Source: Octopus vulgaris
Taxonomy: Eukaryota
Reading direction: 5' to 3'
Assembly: GCA_951406725.2 (NCBI GenBank)
Contig: OX597822.1
Location: forward strand, 69,564,001-69,628,000
Length of the DNA: 64,000 nt
Position 1 is the first letter of the stretch. Each line of letters opens with the position of its first letter. This document shows, one piece after another, positions 27,233-39,344 of this stretch. The position numbers and the translations under genes were made by a program. The notes under the pieces are model-generated. The model was not told where the DNA came from, did not search any database, and was given only the letters and a program-made list of their open reading frames with translations.

Positions 27233-28140
27233 TTTTCCTTTCTACCCTAGGTACAAGGCCCGAAATTTGGGGGGAAGGGGGCCAGTCGATAAGATCGACT
27301 CCAGTACGCAACTGGTATTTAAGTTATCGACCTCGAAAGGATGAAAGGCAAAGTCGACATCGGCGGTATTTGAACTCAAAACGTAAAGACAGACGAAATA
27401 CCACTAAGCATTTTGCTTAGCGTGCCAACGTTTCTTGCTTCTTTATTGCCCACAAGGGGCTAAACATAGAGGGGACAAACAAGGACAGACAAATAGATTT
27501 AGTCGATTATATCGACCCCAGTGCGTAACTGGTTCTTATTTAGTCGACCCCGAAAGGATGAAAGGCGAAGTCGACCTCAGCGGAATTGGAACTCAGAACG
27601 TAGCGGCAAACGAAATATCTATTTCTTTACTACCCACAAGGGGCTAAACACAGAGAGGACAAACAAGGACAGACAAACGGATTAAGTCGATTACATCGAC
27701 CCCAGTGCGTGACTGGTACTTATTTAATCGACCCCGAAAGGAAGAAAGGCGAAGTCGACCTCAGCGGAATCGAAACTCAGAATGTAGCGGCAGAGGAAGT
27801 ACCTATTTCTTTACTACCCACAAGGGGCTAAACACAGAGAGGACAAACAAGGACAGACAAACGGATTAAGTCGATTACATCGACCCCAGTGCGTGACTGG
27901 TACTTATTTAATCGACCCCGAAAGGATGAAAGGCAAAGTCGACCTCGGCGGAATCGGAACTCAGAATGTAGCGGCAGACGAAATACCTATTTCTTTACTA
28001 CCCACAAGGGGCTAAACACAGAGAGGACAAACAAGGACAGACAAACGGATTAAGTCGATTATATCGACCCCGAAAGGATGAAAGGCAAAGTCGACCTCGG
28101 CGGAATTTAAACTCAGAACGTAGCGGCAGAGGAAATACCG
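27010..28140 (-). mobile_element. Cluster/multimer of SINE family D (184-bp units)
   Basis: Unit junctions at 27612, 27796 and 27980 (period 184). The last unit is 152 bp from a deletion between ATCGACCCC repeats. Confidence 0.9.
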
Positions 28141-28291
28141 TTTCGATCTCCACTCATTTACTTTTTCTAAAATTTTCCTGGTATCTTGCAACCTTTTCAA
28201 TAGTCGTTGACTCTGTCTATTATCCGAGCTGCGTTCTTTTTGTCTGTTTGTTTGTATGCATGTGTGTGCATCAGTGTGCATGTATATACAC

Positions 28292-28322
<31 letters not shown>

Positions 28323-28699
28323 TGTATGTATGTATGTATGTACGTACGTGTGTATGTGTGTGTGTATGTATGTATAAGTGTGTATGCATATGTGTGTGTA
28401 TGCATATGTGTATGTATGTGTGTGTGTTTGTGTACGTTTGTATGTATGTATTCTGCTTATTCATGTTTCCATGTGTTTGTATGTTCATGTGTTTGTGTGT
28501 GTGTACCTGTTTCCTTGTGTGTGTGTACCTGTTTCCCCGTGTGTGTGTGTGTGTGTATGGGTTTGTGTGACTACGTATGTGCGTCTGTTATGTATGGATG
28601 TGTGTTTCCATATGTATCCTTGTGTGCGTATGTGTGCGTATGTGCATATGATCATGTGTTTCAGCCTTCTTTTGTGTATGCCTGTGTGTATGTGTGTGT

Positions 28700-28731
<32 letters not shown>

Positions 28732-28784
28732 ATGCTTGCCTATCCTTATTAGCTATGTACCTATCTATCTACTTATTTATATCC

Positions 28785-29085
28785 GTGAAAGCATGTAGCT
28801 TAGTGGTTAGGGCACTCCGCTCATGATCGTAAGGTCGTGAGTTCAATTCCCGGCGTTGCATTGTGTCCTTGAGCAAGACACTTTATTTCACGTTGCTCCA
28901 GTCCACTCAGCTGGCAAAAATGAGTGGTACCTGTATTTCAAAGGGCCAGCCGTGTCACACTCTATTTCACACTGAATCTCCCTGAGAACTACGTTAAGGG
29001 TACACGTGTTTGTGGAGTGCTCAGCCACTTGCACGTTGGTCGTATTAACAGGGACCCTCGTCGTCGTAACCGACGGTGTGCTCCT
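28785..29085 (+). mobile_element. SINE head C + tail 1
   Basis: Tail matches 4660-4850. Confidence 0.82.
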
Positions 29086-29159
29086 TATTTATCTGTTTAC
29101 TTACATACAACACACGAATTCACATAAAGAATCTTGCAAACCAAATACAAAAACGAAAT

Positions 29160-29223
29160 AGGCAGGCAGGCAGGCAGGCAGGCAGGTAGGCAGGCAGGCA
29201 GGCAGGCAGGCAGGCAGACAGGC

Positions 29224-29256
<33 letters not shown>

Positions 29257-29259
29257 GGC

Positions 29260-29343
<84 letters not shown>
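29160..29343. repeat. Compound microsatellite (GGCA)n-(GACA)n-(GATA)n
   Basis: Direct inspection. Confidence 0.95.
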
Positions 29344-29344
<1 letters not shown>

Positions 29345-29976
29345 TGTGTGTGTTTGAGATACAAGTAATATACGAACCAAAAAGTAGAGTTTATCTAAGA
29401 ACCGACGATAATGTTATTTTAACCCTATGAGGACATCTCCTCCAGTTGGTTATTCAGTGCGTTTTCGCATTCGATATTCATTGCAATCGGTAGAGAACTC
29501 CTACGACCCTAGCTCAGAGACCACCAGTTCACGTGATTTCGATCTTATTCGATCATTCAGTGTTGGGCGCTCTTTTACCCAGGCATGGCATTAGTCTGAT
29601 CTTGCTTGCAATATATATATATAAAATACAGTGTCATGCAATCACAGATCTTGAAACTAGCAAACTAGTCCGTTAGAAAATCATGTTCGAGATAGAAGCA
29701 GTTTTCGAACCAAAATGCAGTGTTTATTGCCACTTTAACGTGGGTGTTCTCTAAGAACCAGCGGTCCTGCTATTTTAAACCCGGGAAGACATTCTCCTCC
29801 ATCTGGTTATTCAGTACACTTTCGCACTCGATATCCATTTCTAGCAGGAGAGAAATCCTGCGTGGAACTCCAAGAAAATTCAAGTATACAGGCTTTCGTT
29901 TCTTTCCTGGATTATGATATGATAATATAAGAGGTTCGAGCTAATCTTCTCGTCAATGTGCTCCAGATATTTTTTT

Positions 29977-30568
29977 TATTGCCCCCAAGGGGCTAAACAT
30001 AGAGGGGAGAAACAAGGACAGACAAAGAGACTAAGTCGATTACATCGACCCCAGTGCGTAACTGGTACTTAATTTATCAACCCCGAAAGGATGAAAGGCA
30101 AAGTCGACCTCGGCGGAATTTGAACTCAGAACGTAGCGGCAGACGAAATACCTATTTCTTTACTACCCACAAGGGGCTAAACACAGAGAGGACAAACAAG
30201 GACAGACAAACGGATTAAGTCGATTATATCGATCCCAGTGCGTAAGTGGTACTTATTTAATCGACCCCGAAAGGATGAAAGGCAAAGTCGACCTCGGCGG
30301 AATTTGAACTCAGAACGTAGCGGCAGACGAAATACCTATTTCTTTACTACCCACAAGGGGCTAAACACAGAGAGGACAAACAAGGACAGACAAACGGATT
30401 AAGTCGATTATATCGATCCCAGTGCGTAAGTGGTACTTATTTAATCGACCCCGAAAGGATGAAAGGCAAAGTCGACCTCAGCGGAATTTGAACTCAGAAC
30501 GTAGCGGCAGACGAAATACCGGTAAGCATTTCGCCCGGCGTGCTAACGTTTCTGCCAGCTCGCCGCCT
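29977..30568 (-). mobile_element. SINE family D trimer (one head + three 184-bp bodies)
   Basis: GAAATA at 30145, 30329 and 30513. Full head only at the 30568 end. Confidence 0.9.
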
Positions 30569-30779
30569 TTTGTTCCAGATATTATTGTTGTGTCATAGTC
30601 ACATCCGCAGCTTAGTGCCGGCTTGTCCCCATTTATTTTTCAGTTTTCCTTAGGAAGTGTACCTATCTAACAATGCATGAGATTTATTCTATCATTAGTA
30701 GGATTTATTTTATCATTAGATGGATTGTGTGGTCGTACGTTACTCGGCGTTCAATGTAAAATCTTCAGTTAACGTAAGC

Positions 30780-31350
30780 CTCTGGGTTTATCATCTTAAT
30801 CCTTTAACTCCATGTAGAGCATGTGACGCCAGCAAAAGATCTCCATCTGTCTCGATGTTTGGTAATGGGTTAGTTTTCTTCAGGTGAAGACACTTACTTG
30901 TGCTTTAGATTCTATGGACCTTCCCCATGTTATGTTTTATCTTTAACGTTTAAGTCTCCCTTGCGGTAGGGTTTACTTTGTAAGATTGAAAAACAGGTTT
31001 CCGTAGGGTATGTCCCCGTCAACGCCATTTCTTTCTCTTGATTTGGTTTCCGAGTGATTTCTGCTTTGCCTGTTCCCACAAGTTTTTTGTTTGTAAGTCT
31101 CACTCGAGGGATGTTCCGGATACACCTATTCACAAACGTTTGGAGCTTATCAATGAAGAACTTTGTGACTCGCCAGTCATTTCGCATACGTCAACTAGGA
31201 GAACAGAACAGATCAGGACATAACAACAAGGACTGGGAAAGCTACAGCTGCCTTCAGAATGCTCAGACCTATCTGGAGATCATAGACCTCGTCAACACAA
31301 AACTCAGGGTCTTCAACATGAACATATGGACTGTGCTGTGCGCGTGTTGA
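30780..31350 (-). mobile_element. Degenerate RTE LINE 3' part with inverted 5' segment
   Basis: Minus strand gives WRVTKFFIDKLQTFVNRCIRNI. Plus strand 31200-31350 gives DQDITTRTGKATAAFRMLRPIWRS / NTKLRVFNMNIWTVL. Confidence 0.75.
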
Positions 31351-31852
31351 TTTATTCTATCTTGGTGTAATTGTCTGTGGCCATACAGATCGTGTACAGC
31401 TCACATCACAAGTTCAATTTCTGTCTTTAATTTACAGTTGCACAATTATTATTGATTTTTTTTTCTTCTTTATTTGTCCATGCAGAGATTTCTCCTTCCT
31501 TAGTTATCTTGGACTCATTCTTCTGATTTCAGATCCACTCCTGTTTTTATCTCATGGCCTGTTTACCTTTATTTTGAGCTTGTTCTTATCCAGAAGGATT
31601 TTTCGGTGATTTAGTTTCTAGTCTGAAATAACACATAAAAGCCAGGGTCCGATGAAAGTGTTGATGATTTGCGCTGGCAAAATTTAAACAGTATTTATGC
31701 TTGAATCAGAAGAATAATCATACCTTTTGCGATATTTCAAATTCTTCTGTTTTTGCTCTTCCCAGCCATAAATTGATCGAACGACACTCATTTTCTCCCT
31801 GTAAGGATGCTATTCTTTATAGCCCGGGAGAATGTAAAGTTATATAATCATC

Positions 31853-32066
31853 ATTTCTACTATAGGCGCAATGCCCGAAATTGGGGGTGGGGGGAACCAG
31901 TTAATTAGATCGGCCCCAGTACACAACTGGTACTTAATTTATCAGCCCCGAAAGGATGAAAAGCAAAATCGACTTCGGCGGAATTTGAACTCAGGACGTA
32001 AAGACATATGAAATACCGCTAAACATTTCGCCCGATATGCTAACGATTCTGCCAGCTCGCCACCTT
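31853..32066 (-). mobile_element. SINE family D variant
   Basis: CCCCGAAAGGATGAAA core and TCTGCCAGCTCGCC head. Confidence 0.75.
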
Positions 32067-32331
32067 AAAGTTTTATATTTTTTAAAGAGCTATTGAGTTC
32101 ATATTCCTTTCGGGGTCGATAAAATAAGTACCCGTTAAGAACTGGGGTTGATGTAATCGACTTACCTCCACCCAAAAAAAACTTGCTTGCCCTGTATCAA
32201 AATTAGAAACCAATATAAACGATATGCATTCTAACAGATTTTGAGTTGAGTCCTTTAACCTTAGAAAGAACTACAATCCCAGAATTTTTTTTAATTAAAT
32301 TTTGTTATTCTTATTTATTTCTCAGTTTCTA

Positions 32332-32864
32332 TTGGGTTGTCCAGAAAGTTCGTTTATAGGAGCTTACCTTTCGACATATTTTAAAACATGGTTGAATCCA
32401 TAAAATAAGTTTTGACAACACACCCATTTAGAGCACAGTTTAAGCTATCTTTTCGTGGAAGAAGGTTTATGTTCCTATAACCTATGTTAATTCTGTAACC
32501 CTTTAAAATGGAAGATAAGAAAGTTCATTTTCGGCACTTGATGCTCGGCTGGGATGTGTTACCCCACCCTCCATATTCACCAGATATTGCTCCTTCGGAT
32601 TTCCACTTATTCAGGTCTCTGCAGAATAGTCTTAATGGTAAAAATTTCAATTCCTTGGATGACGTAAAAAGATACCTTGATGAATTCTTTGCCATGAAAC
32701 TACCTCAATTCTGGGAAGAGGGTATTTTCAAGTTAAAGGAAAGATGGAGACGCATTGTGCAACAAAATGGTTCATATTTCGTTGATTTAAAATGTCATGG
32801 CAAGTATTTATTGACCTTTTTTTCTTTCCTTTAAAAATCGGCACGAACTTTCCGGACAACCCAG
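32332..32864 (+). mobile_element. 533-bp internally deleted mariner (MITE-like) with both TIRs
   Basis: TA-TTGGGTTGTCCAGAAAGTTCGT...ACGAACTTTCCGGACAACCCAG-TA. In-frame fused ORF 32508-32834 with YSPDIAPSDFHLF. Confidence 0.92.
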
Positions 32865-33427
32865 TAATATCGTTTCATATAGTGACTTAATCATCAGTTT
32901 TTATACATAGCATATTTTTTCTCTAACCTATATACAAAAGTTTATCTGTATTACACTAATCATTGGAAAATACATACCTTCTCATGATCTTACCCGTAAA
33001 CCTGCCGGATGTACCTATAAATAAATATATTTCTGCTAGTGGTTAGGGTGTTGGACTCATGATCGTAAGGTTGTGGTTTCGATTCCTGGACCGGTCGATG
33101 TGTTGGGTTTTTGAACAAAACACTTCATTTTACGATTTCCAATCCACACAGCAGGCAAAACTGTTTCTGCAATAGACAGCGTCCCGTCCAAGGGAAATGT
33201 TTGTACGTCGGAGATTCTAGGTAACCGTCCCTATGAGTCTATATGACAAAGGAAGGACATTTATTCTTTCCTTATTTTACGATTGCAGCTATACATGACA
33301 CTGGTCCTACCAATCTGAAATTGTATCAATCACATTGAAGGTTCTATATTTAAGAGATGAGGAATTATGTACATTATTTACATTATCTACATTCGACGGA
33401 TATTTGTCTTCATCTTGTTTTATTGTT

Positions 33428-33473
33428 AACACAACGTTTCGGCTGATATACCCTTCAGCCTTCTTCAGGTGTC
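33428..33473 (-). ncRNA. Minimal type I hammerhead ribozyme (Penelope-type)
   Basis: GACAC-CTGAAGA-A-GGCTG-N10-CAGCC-GAAA-CG-TT-GTGTT. Stem I 5 bp, stem II 5 bp, palindromic stem III ACGT, GUU site. Confidence 0.8.
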
Positions 33474-33736
33474 TTGGGGAAATTTCGAACCTGGGTTCTC
33501 ATTCCCACGGGCATATGGCGTAGTGGTTAAGAGCGCGGGCTACAAACCCCAAGATTCCGAGTTCGATTCCAAGCAGTGACCCGAACACTAACAAGAAGAA
33601 GAAGAAGAAGAAGAAGAAGAAGAAGAAGAAGAAGAAGAAGAAGAAGAAGAAGAAGAAGAAGAAGAAGAACAACAACAACAACAACAACAACAACAAGAAC
33701 AAGAACAAGAAGAACAAGAAGAACAAGAAGAAGAAG

Positions 33737-34320
33737 AAATGCCCTGATGCAGTACCAGACAGTGGCTCTCATGGCTTCTGATCTTAACTGATTGGAAGTG
33801 TTATCATGTACATTGTTTTGTCTTGGTATAAAGATGGGCTACAGCAAATATTCTGCTCAATACCACAGATTTGTTTGTCAGTTGTTTGACCTTAAGCAGT
33901 TGAGCATGTCCCTTAGTGGATGACGATATGTGCATCTCTGATCACAAGCAGAAGTAGTGGGGAGCATCATAGCCATGTGTTGAAAGGAATTCTTAGAGGT
34001 TTGGATAATTCAGCTTTGGAAACATGAGTGGTTCGTTCAACATCCTTAAACAATCCTTATTCAGAGACCTTTTGAGCGTTTGAGCGAGATGGGCTACTCG
34101 ACCAGTAGAAAATTCTAACTGGGCCCCACCTGCAAGGTCATGCGCTGTTTAACTTGATATGAGATCACCATGTCGCGCACATATGGTTGTGATGCATGTG
34201 CCTGGTGTACCCTTGTCAGACGAGTAGTCATGATGGGTATACTGGGCTTCGTATATTTGTACCCCAGTGTCACTTTGATGGCATACACTGCTCTCTCTCG
34301 GTCAATAATAATAATAATAA
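33737..34320 (+). mobile_element. Probable 3' region of a (TAA)n-tailed non-LTR element nested in the composite element's microsatellite
   Basis: Unique ~570-bp block flanked by (GAA)/(AAC)n and (AAT)n. R4/Dong affinity is inferred from the TAA tail only. Confidence 0.4.
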
Positions 34321-34356
34321 CATCGAAAAATACCTTAGGAATGAGAATCCAGGTTC

Positions 34357-34402
34357 GACACCTGAAGAAGGCTGGAGGGTATATCAGCCGAAATGTTGTG
34401 TT
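34357..34402 (+). ncRNA. Minimal type I hammerhead ribozyme, stem III C>T
   Basis: GACAC-CTGAAGA-A-GGCTG-N10-CAGCC-GAAA-TG-TT-GTGTT. Confidence 0.75.
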
Positions 34403-35393
34403 AACAACAAACAAGAGAGGACAAATATCAATCGAATGTAAATAATGTAAATAATGTACATTGAAGGTATTGAGGTATATATTAACTCTAGCTAAATCCG
34501 TTTCGTGTTTATCATTTCTGTTCCTCTTGACCTCTAATTATATCATGCACTGGTATTGTCAAATGATTAATATTTTATGTGCTACCTGATAGAAAATGTT
34601 AAAACTTGATTAGGGAGAAATCCCAGGAAACATCGCATTGCTTATACGTGAAAACTAACCGTACCCATGTGCGCTCTCACACTTATTACATATTTTATAA
34701 AGAACATGCAAATATATCATACATAATTACAAATCCCCTAACACTCATGTTTTAAATATCTAGACACACATATATTTCCTAATTTATACACGCTTAGACA
34801 CCCACACCTTCACACTGACAATGTAACGCAACTAGCTTTTTTATTATTTTGACAACCTGTTTCTCTTATGCAACACACGCACACACCTATATATATACTG
34901 TCTCTCCTAACTTGTAAACCTGTTGTCGTTGTGATTATTGTTGCTCAGGTCGTAGTTTTCTTTTTCTTTTTCTTTTTTCTCTCTCTAACAGTATTATTCG
35001 ATTGTTAAACAAATAACATAACCTCTTAAACAGGCAGTCATCGGCAACGACACCATAAACGGATATATAACACACATACACAGACACACATGATAGAAAT
35101 AGATACGATAGAAACAAAGATAACAACAAAGCAAAAAGCCGGATATTTACATACATATATATATATCGACATATGTGGTTATTCCATTGAGACATACATT
35201 ACGGGTGATCAAGCATGCAATAAAAGAGAAACAGGATGTGATGTTTAAGGAATTTTACAGAGCATTTTATTTAACTGATAAATGGAGTAGTTTCTGTGAG
35301 CTACTGGTGCAGATAAGACGTAAAAAGTTGGATATAGAGAAATTCATATAACAAAAAGAAGAAAAAAGATCAAGAAATCTACAAATTGGGAAA

Positions 35394-35412
35394 CGGAAGA
35401 CAAGATGGCGAC
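35394..35412 (+). promoter_or_regulatory. ETS-like CGGAAG and YY1-like/Kozak AAGATGGCG at start codon
   Basis: AAACGGAAGACAAGATGGCGAC. Confidence 0.4.
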
Positions 35413-35554
35413 GTTACCGAAGCTGAAAGAAGTTGATGCCCTACCGGATCTTCGGGAAGCAATTACGATGCTAACAGATCTAGGGTTGAGTCTTACTGGA
35501 CTGACTTCTTTAGAAACTGCCAAAGAAAGGATTCGCCAATACATAAATAATCCT
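35405..35554 (+). CDS. Probable first coding exon of an unidentified host gene (50 codons, phase-0 intron follows)
   Basis: Strong Kozak AAGATGG, non-repetitive amphipathic-helical peptide MATLPKLKEVDALPDLREAITMLTDLGLSLTGLTSLETAKERIRQYINNP, perfect donor GTAAGT at 35555-35560. Confidence 0.7.
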
Positions 35555-36445
35555 GTAAGTAGACTAAATGAACTTATTATCAGTCAATATTATTAACTAT
35601 ATTCAAGATCGACTTAATTAAATACTGAAATGGGTATTAATTGTTGACAGCCATTCTCTAAAATATCTAACCATGTAACTAAATTAGATGTTGATGTTAC
35701 CAGGTGTATCTTTATAAAGTCGTAGGAATCTATCGCAACCATGCTGTGATTCTTCCATCAACGGTTTTAGTGTATTTTATTGACAGATATGTACGATTCT
35801 CTTTCACCAATATGTGGCTCTCCCTGTGATTCCAGGGATGCTGCGAACGTATTGACATCATCACGTGTACATGAGTAAAAAGACGGTTAGTGTGCTCGGA
35901 GCTAGGCACGTGCTTGTAGGCACAGCCTAGGCTCAGCAGAGATGGTGAAGTTACTATCTCTGCAATGCCGCCACAGACAAAGACGAAAGAAAACTGCCGA
36001 AATGCTCGAAATTTCAGACGAAATATCTTACAAACTATAGAATTTTCTCAATAAAACGAAGAAAAAATGATGTTTTATAAACACATTCTACCAGTATACG
36101 AAGTTTAAAACTTTTTAGTTACCTAGAAATTATGTTACAAAGTGCCGTTCAAAAGGAAAAGATCCAAGCCCGGCAACAAATTCGTCTCGCCTCAGGCTTA
36201 TTTTAGACGAGGTCGACTTTGCCTTTCATCCTTACGGGGTTCGATGAATTAAGTACCAGTGAAAACATTGAGAAAGATGTAATCGACTACCCATCCCCAC
36301 TAAATTTCAAGCCTTGTGCCTTTAGTAGAAAGGATTATTAACCAAAAGGCTAAATTATGTTTTAACAAAAAGGGCAGGTGCTCGACACACAAACTTATAG
36401 CGATGTGCACATACAAGTAATCACATACGTACACTCAGACGCGCG

Positions 36446-36497
<52 letters not shown>

Positions 36498-36498
<1 letters not shown>

Positions 36499-36991
36499 GA
36501 GTAACAGTTTCCAGAGACATTTTCAGCTTCAGTAAAATAGTATTTTAGTCTTCTTTTGGTATTCGAGTACTATTTTTTTTCATATTCTTTCGCTGTAACT
36601 ATGTCCTTACTTGTGTGTGCGCGTGTGTATGACTGTGTATATGCATTTGTATGTGTGTGTGGGTGTGTGCGTCTATGTGAGTGTGTGCATGTATGTGCGA
36701 CGAGCTCGCACACAATTTCTATCTACCAAATTCACCTACGAGGCACTGGGCGATCCGCGACTATAGCAGAAGGCAGTTTCCCATGGTACTGTGCAGTGGG
36801 GCCGAACCTGAAACCACATGGTTGTAAAGCTACCTTCTTAACCACACAGCCATGACTGCGCATACATATAGTTTAGCATCAGGACCACTAGACTCATGTG
36901 GAATCTTGACAACAGCCTGGTATGTCCATGTCATTAGAAGCCTTTGCACACATGAGTATATATGTGTATGTGTGTGTGTGTATGTGTGCAC

Positions 36992-37031
<40 letters not shown>

Positions 37032-37420
37032 GCGCGTGTGTACATACATCATACATACATACATACATACATACATACATACATACATACATACATACAT
37101 ACATACATACTCGATCTCTTCTTGTCAGGGGTTCCAGATGAACCTACCTCTCGGCAGAAAACACAGATGCGGGCAGCGGCGTCGAACACCCTTGTTGAAC
37201 AAGTGCCACGTATCAGAGATGGTTTCACATACTAGTGTAGCACAGTCAAAAGTGGTGCCCCAGCATGGCCGCAGCTTTCGGGCTGAAACATTTTTATGGA
37301 TTAAGGCTTTATACATACATACATACAAATGCATATATACACTCACACAGAAGTACGGACATAGTTATAGAGAAAGAATGTGAAAAAAAAAATAGTACTC
37401 GAATACCAAAGGTAGACTAA
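36498..37420. repeat. ~75-bp inverted repeat pair (Penelope-like) enclosing SINE and LINE fragments
   Basis: TTTGGTATTCGAGTACTATTTTTTTTCATATTCTTTC (~36553) vs GAAAGAATGTGAAAAAAAAAATAGTACTCGAATACCAAA (~37372). The left arm starts with the hammerhead 3' end AGAGTAACAG. Confidence 0.65.
37108..37310 (+). mobile_element. 200-bp 3' end of CR1/L2-group LINE in (TACA)n
   Basis: [28 protein letters not shown] plus the same 3' UTR as 9374-9445. Confidence 0.9.
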
Positions 37421-37813
37421 AGTACATATATAGGAGAGGTGCTGAAAAGTTCCTGGCGTTAAGGACATCGCAAAAAGCCTGGGGTGGCCCGCCCGACCTT
37501 CCAAGTTTTTTTTTTTTTTTCCAGGGCTTAGAAAAGCTGAAGGAGTGTTGCAATCAGTGTGTCACTCTGAGAGAAGAATATAAATAAAATCATAATTAAC
37601 TGTATGTGCATATATGTACTTATATATGTATATATGTATATGTATGTATATATGTATATATATATGTGTGTGTGTGTGTGTATGTGTGAGTGTGTGTGTA
37701 TATATATATGTGTATATATGTATATATATATACATATATACATATATATATATACATATATATATATACATATATATATATACATATATATATATATACA
37801 TATATATATATAT

Positions 37814-37891
<78 letters not shown>

Positions 37892-38000
37892 GTACAGGAC
37901 GTCAGCAACAGTAAAAACATGTAATACGAAAACAAATGAGTTAAATACGCAAATCGTTGATTGCTGAGGAGTAGATAGACAGCCGACAACTGATGTAGGG

Positions 38001-38051
<51 letters not shown>

Positions 38052-38162
38052 ATATATATATATATGTATGTATGTATGTATGTATATATATATGTATAAA
38101 TGTATGTATGTATATGTATGTATATATGTATGTATGTATGTATATATGTATATGTATATGTG

Positions 38163-38212
<50 letters not shown>

Positions 38213-38299
38213 CACACACACACACAAACACATGCACTCACAGTCACACTCTTGTATACATGCGACCCGTGTCTCCAAAGCAGACACTGTATATTAAAT

Positions 38300-38728
38300 G
38301 ATATTTGGCAATCTTTCGTCTCTAGTAGACCTTTCCGTCGATTTCCGTAAAAAAAAATTTTTTTTTTACATATGGGCTTGCGGGAACTTTTGAAGTAATG
38401 AGAGTTAAAGAGACTAAGAGAAAGCGATTGTATGACGAGGGAAGTTCTTTTGAAGTTACCGTGCATGTGAAGCATTGATGTACATGTGTGTGTGTTTGAT
38501 GGGGTGTGGGAGACAGACAGTATGTTGTGTAAGTGAAGTGCTTCTGTTAGTGTGTGTGAAGAAACAGAGTAATGTGTGAAAGAAAGATAACTGAAATTTT
38601 TTACTCGGTGTATGTGTATATGTATGTATATTACTTCAAAAGTTCCCGCAAGCCCATATGTAAAAAAAAAAAAAAAAATTTTACGGAAATCGACGGAAAG
38701 GTCTACTAGAGACGAAAGATCGCCTGAT
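38300..38728. repeat. ~100-bp near-perfect inverted repeat pair
   Basis: ATCTTTCGTCTCTAGTAGACCTTTCCGTCGATTTCCGTAAAA...TTTTGAAGTAAT and its reverse complement at 38630-38728. Confidence 0.85.
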
Positions 38729-38954
38729 ATTTATCTCTAAACTGAATGGCGTACTTTTTGGTTGATCTGAACTTAACGGAGCAATTAACTCTGTGTGTAT
38801 GGTCTTAATATTCAATATTAATTTAATATCGTTTGGGCGTGCGGATTATACTGGCCTAGCAAGGTGCCTCAATTTGAGCACTGAATTCAAAGGCATATTA
38901 ACTACATTATATAAATATATACTTTATTTTAAGCAGCAGAAAATTCAACAAAAT

Positions 38955-38993
38955 CTGTTACTCTGAGTTTCTCGTTGCCGTTCATCAGACGTT
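38955..38993 (-). ncRNA. Minimal hammerhead ribozyme, slightly decayed
   Basis: GT-CTGATGA-A-CG-GCAA-CG-A-GAAA-CTC-A-GAG-TA-ACAG. GNRA loop II, quasi-palindromic stem III. Confidence 0.6.
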
Positions 38994-39344
38994 TCTAATT
39001 ATATGTTGTTGTAAAGGCGAAAGCCACTAAGCAATTTGTAAAAAAATAGGACAGCTCGATAGTTACCCGGTATTTCAACATGTTAGGGTGGGGGACCCTT
39101 CCTCAGGAAATCTTTGGAGAAAAGTTGACATTTACTAACTCCTCCGTCCTGTTGTATTTGTATCAGAGAAATCAACGAATAGCGACTTTTCCTGGTGAAG
39201 TGGCCCTAACCTTGTAATACTATCAACTTGTTTTATTTTTATAAATTGCATTGTTTTGGCTTTAGAATACATATACATACATACATATATATATATATAT
39301 GTGTGTATATATATATATATGTATATATATATATGTATATATAT

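Larger units (their letters stand above)
33341..34461 (+). mobile_element. Composite element: inverted tail copy + tRNA-derived head + microsatellite + hammerhead-bearing Penelope-like tail
   Basis: 33341-33505 is the reverse complement of the tail at ~34338-34461. A box at 33516-33526, B box at 33559-33570. Flanking direct repeat ACATTGAAGGT at 33332-33342 and 34458-34468. Confidence 0.75.

Noticed and set aside
38685-38725. Possible hammerhead (GTC..GAC-GAAA-GATC); similar at ~28170-28210
   Set aside because: No acceptable CUGANGA or UH; too degenerate.
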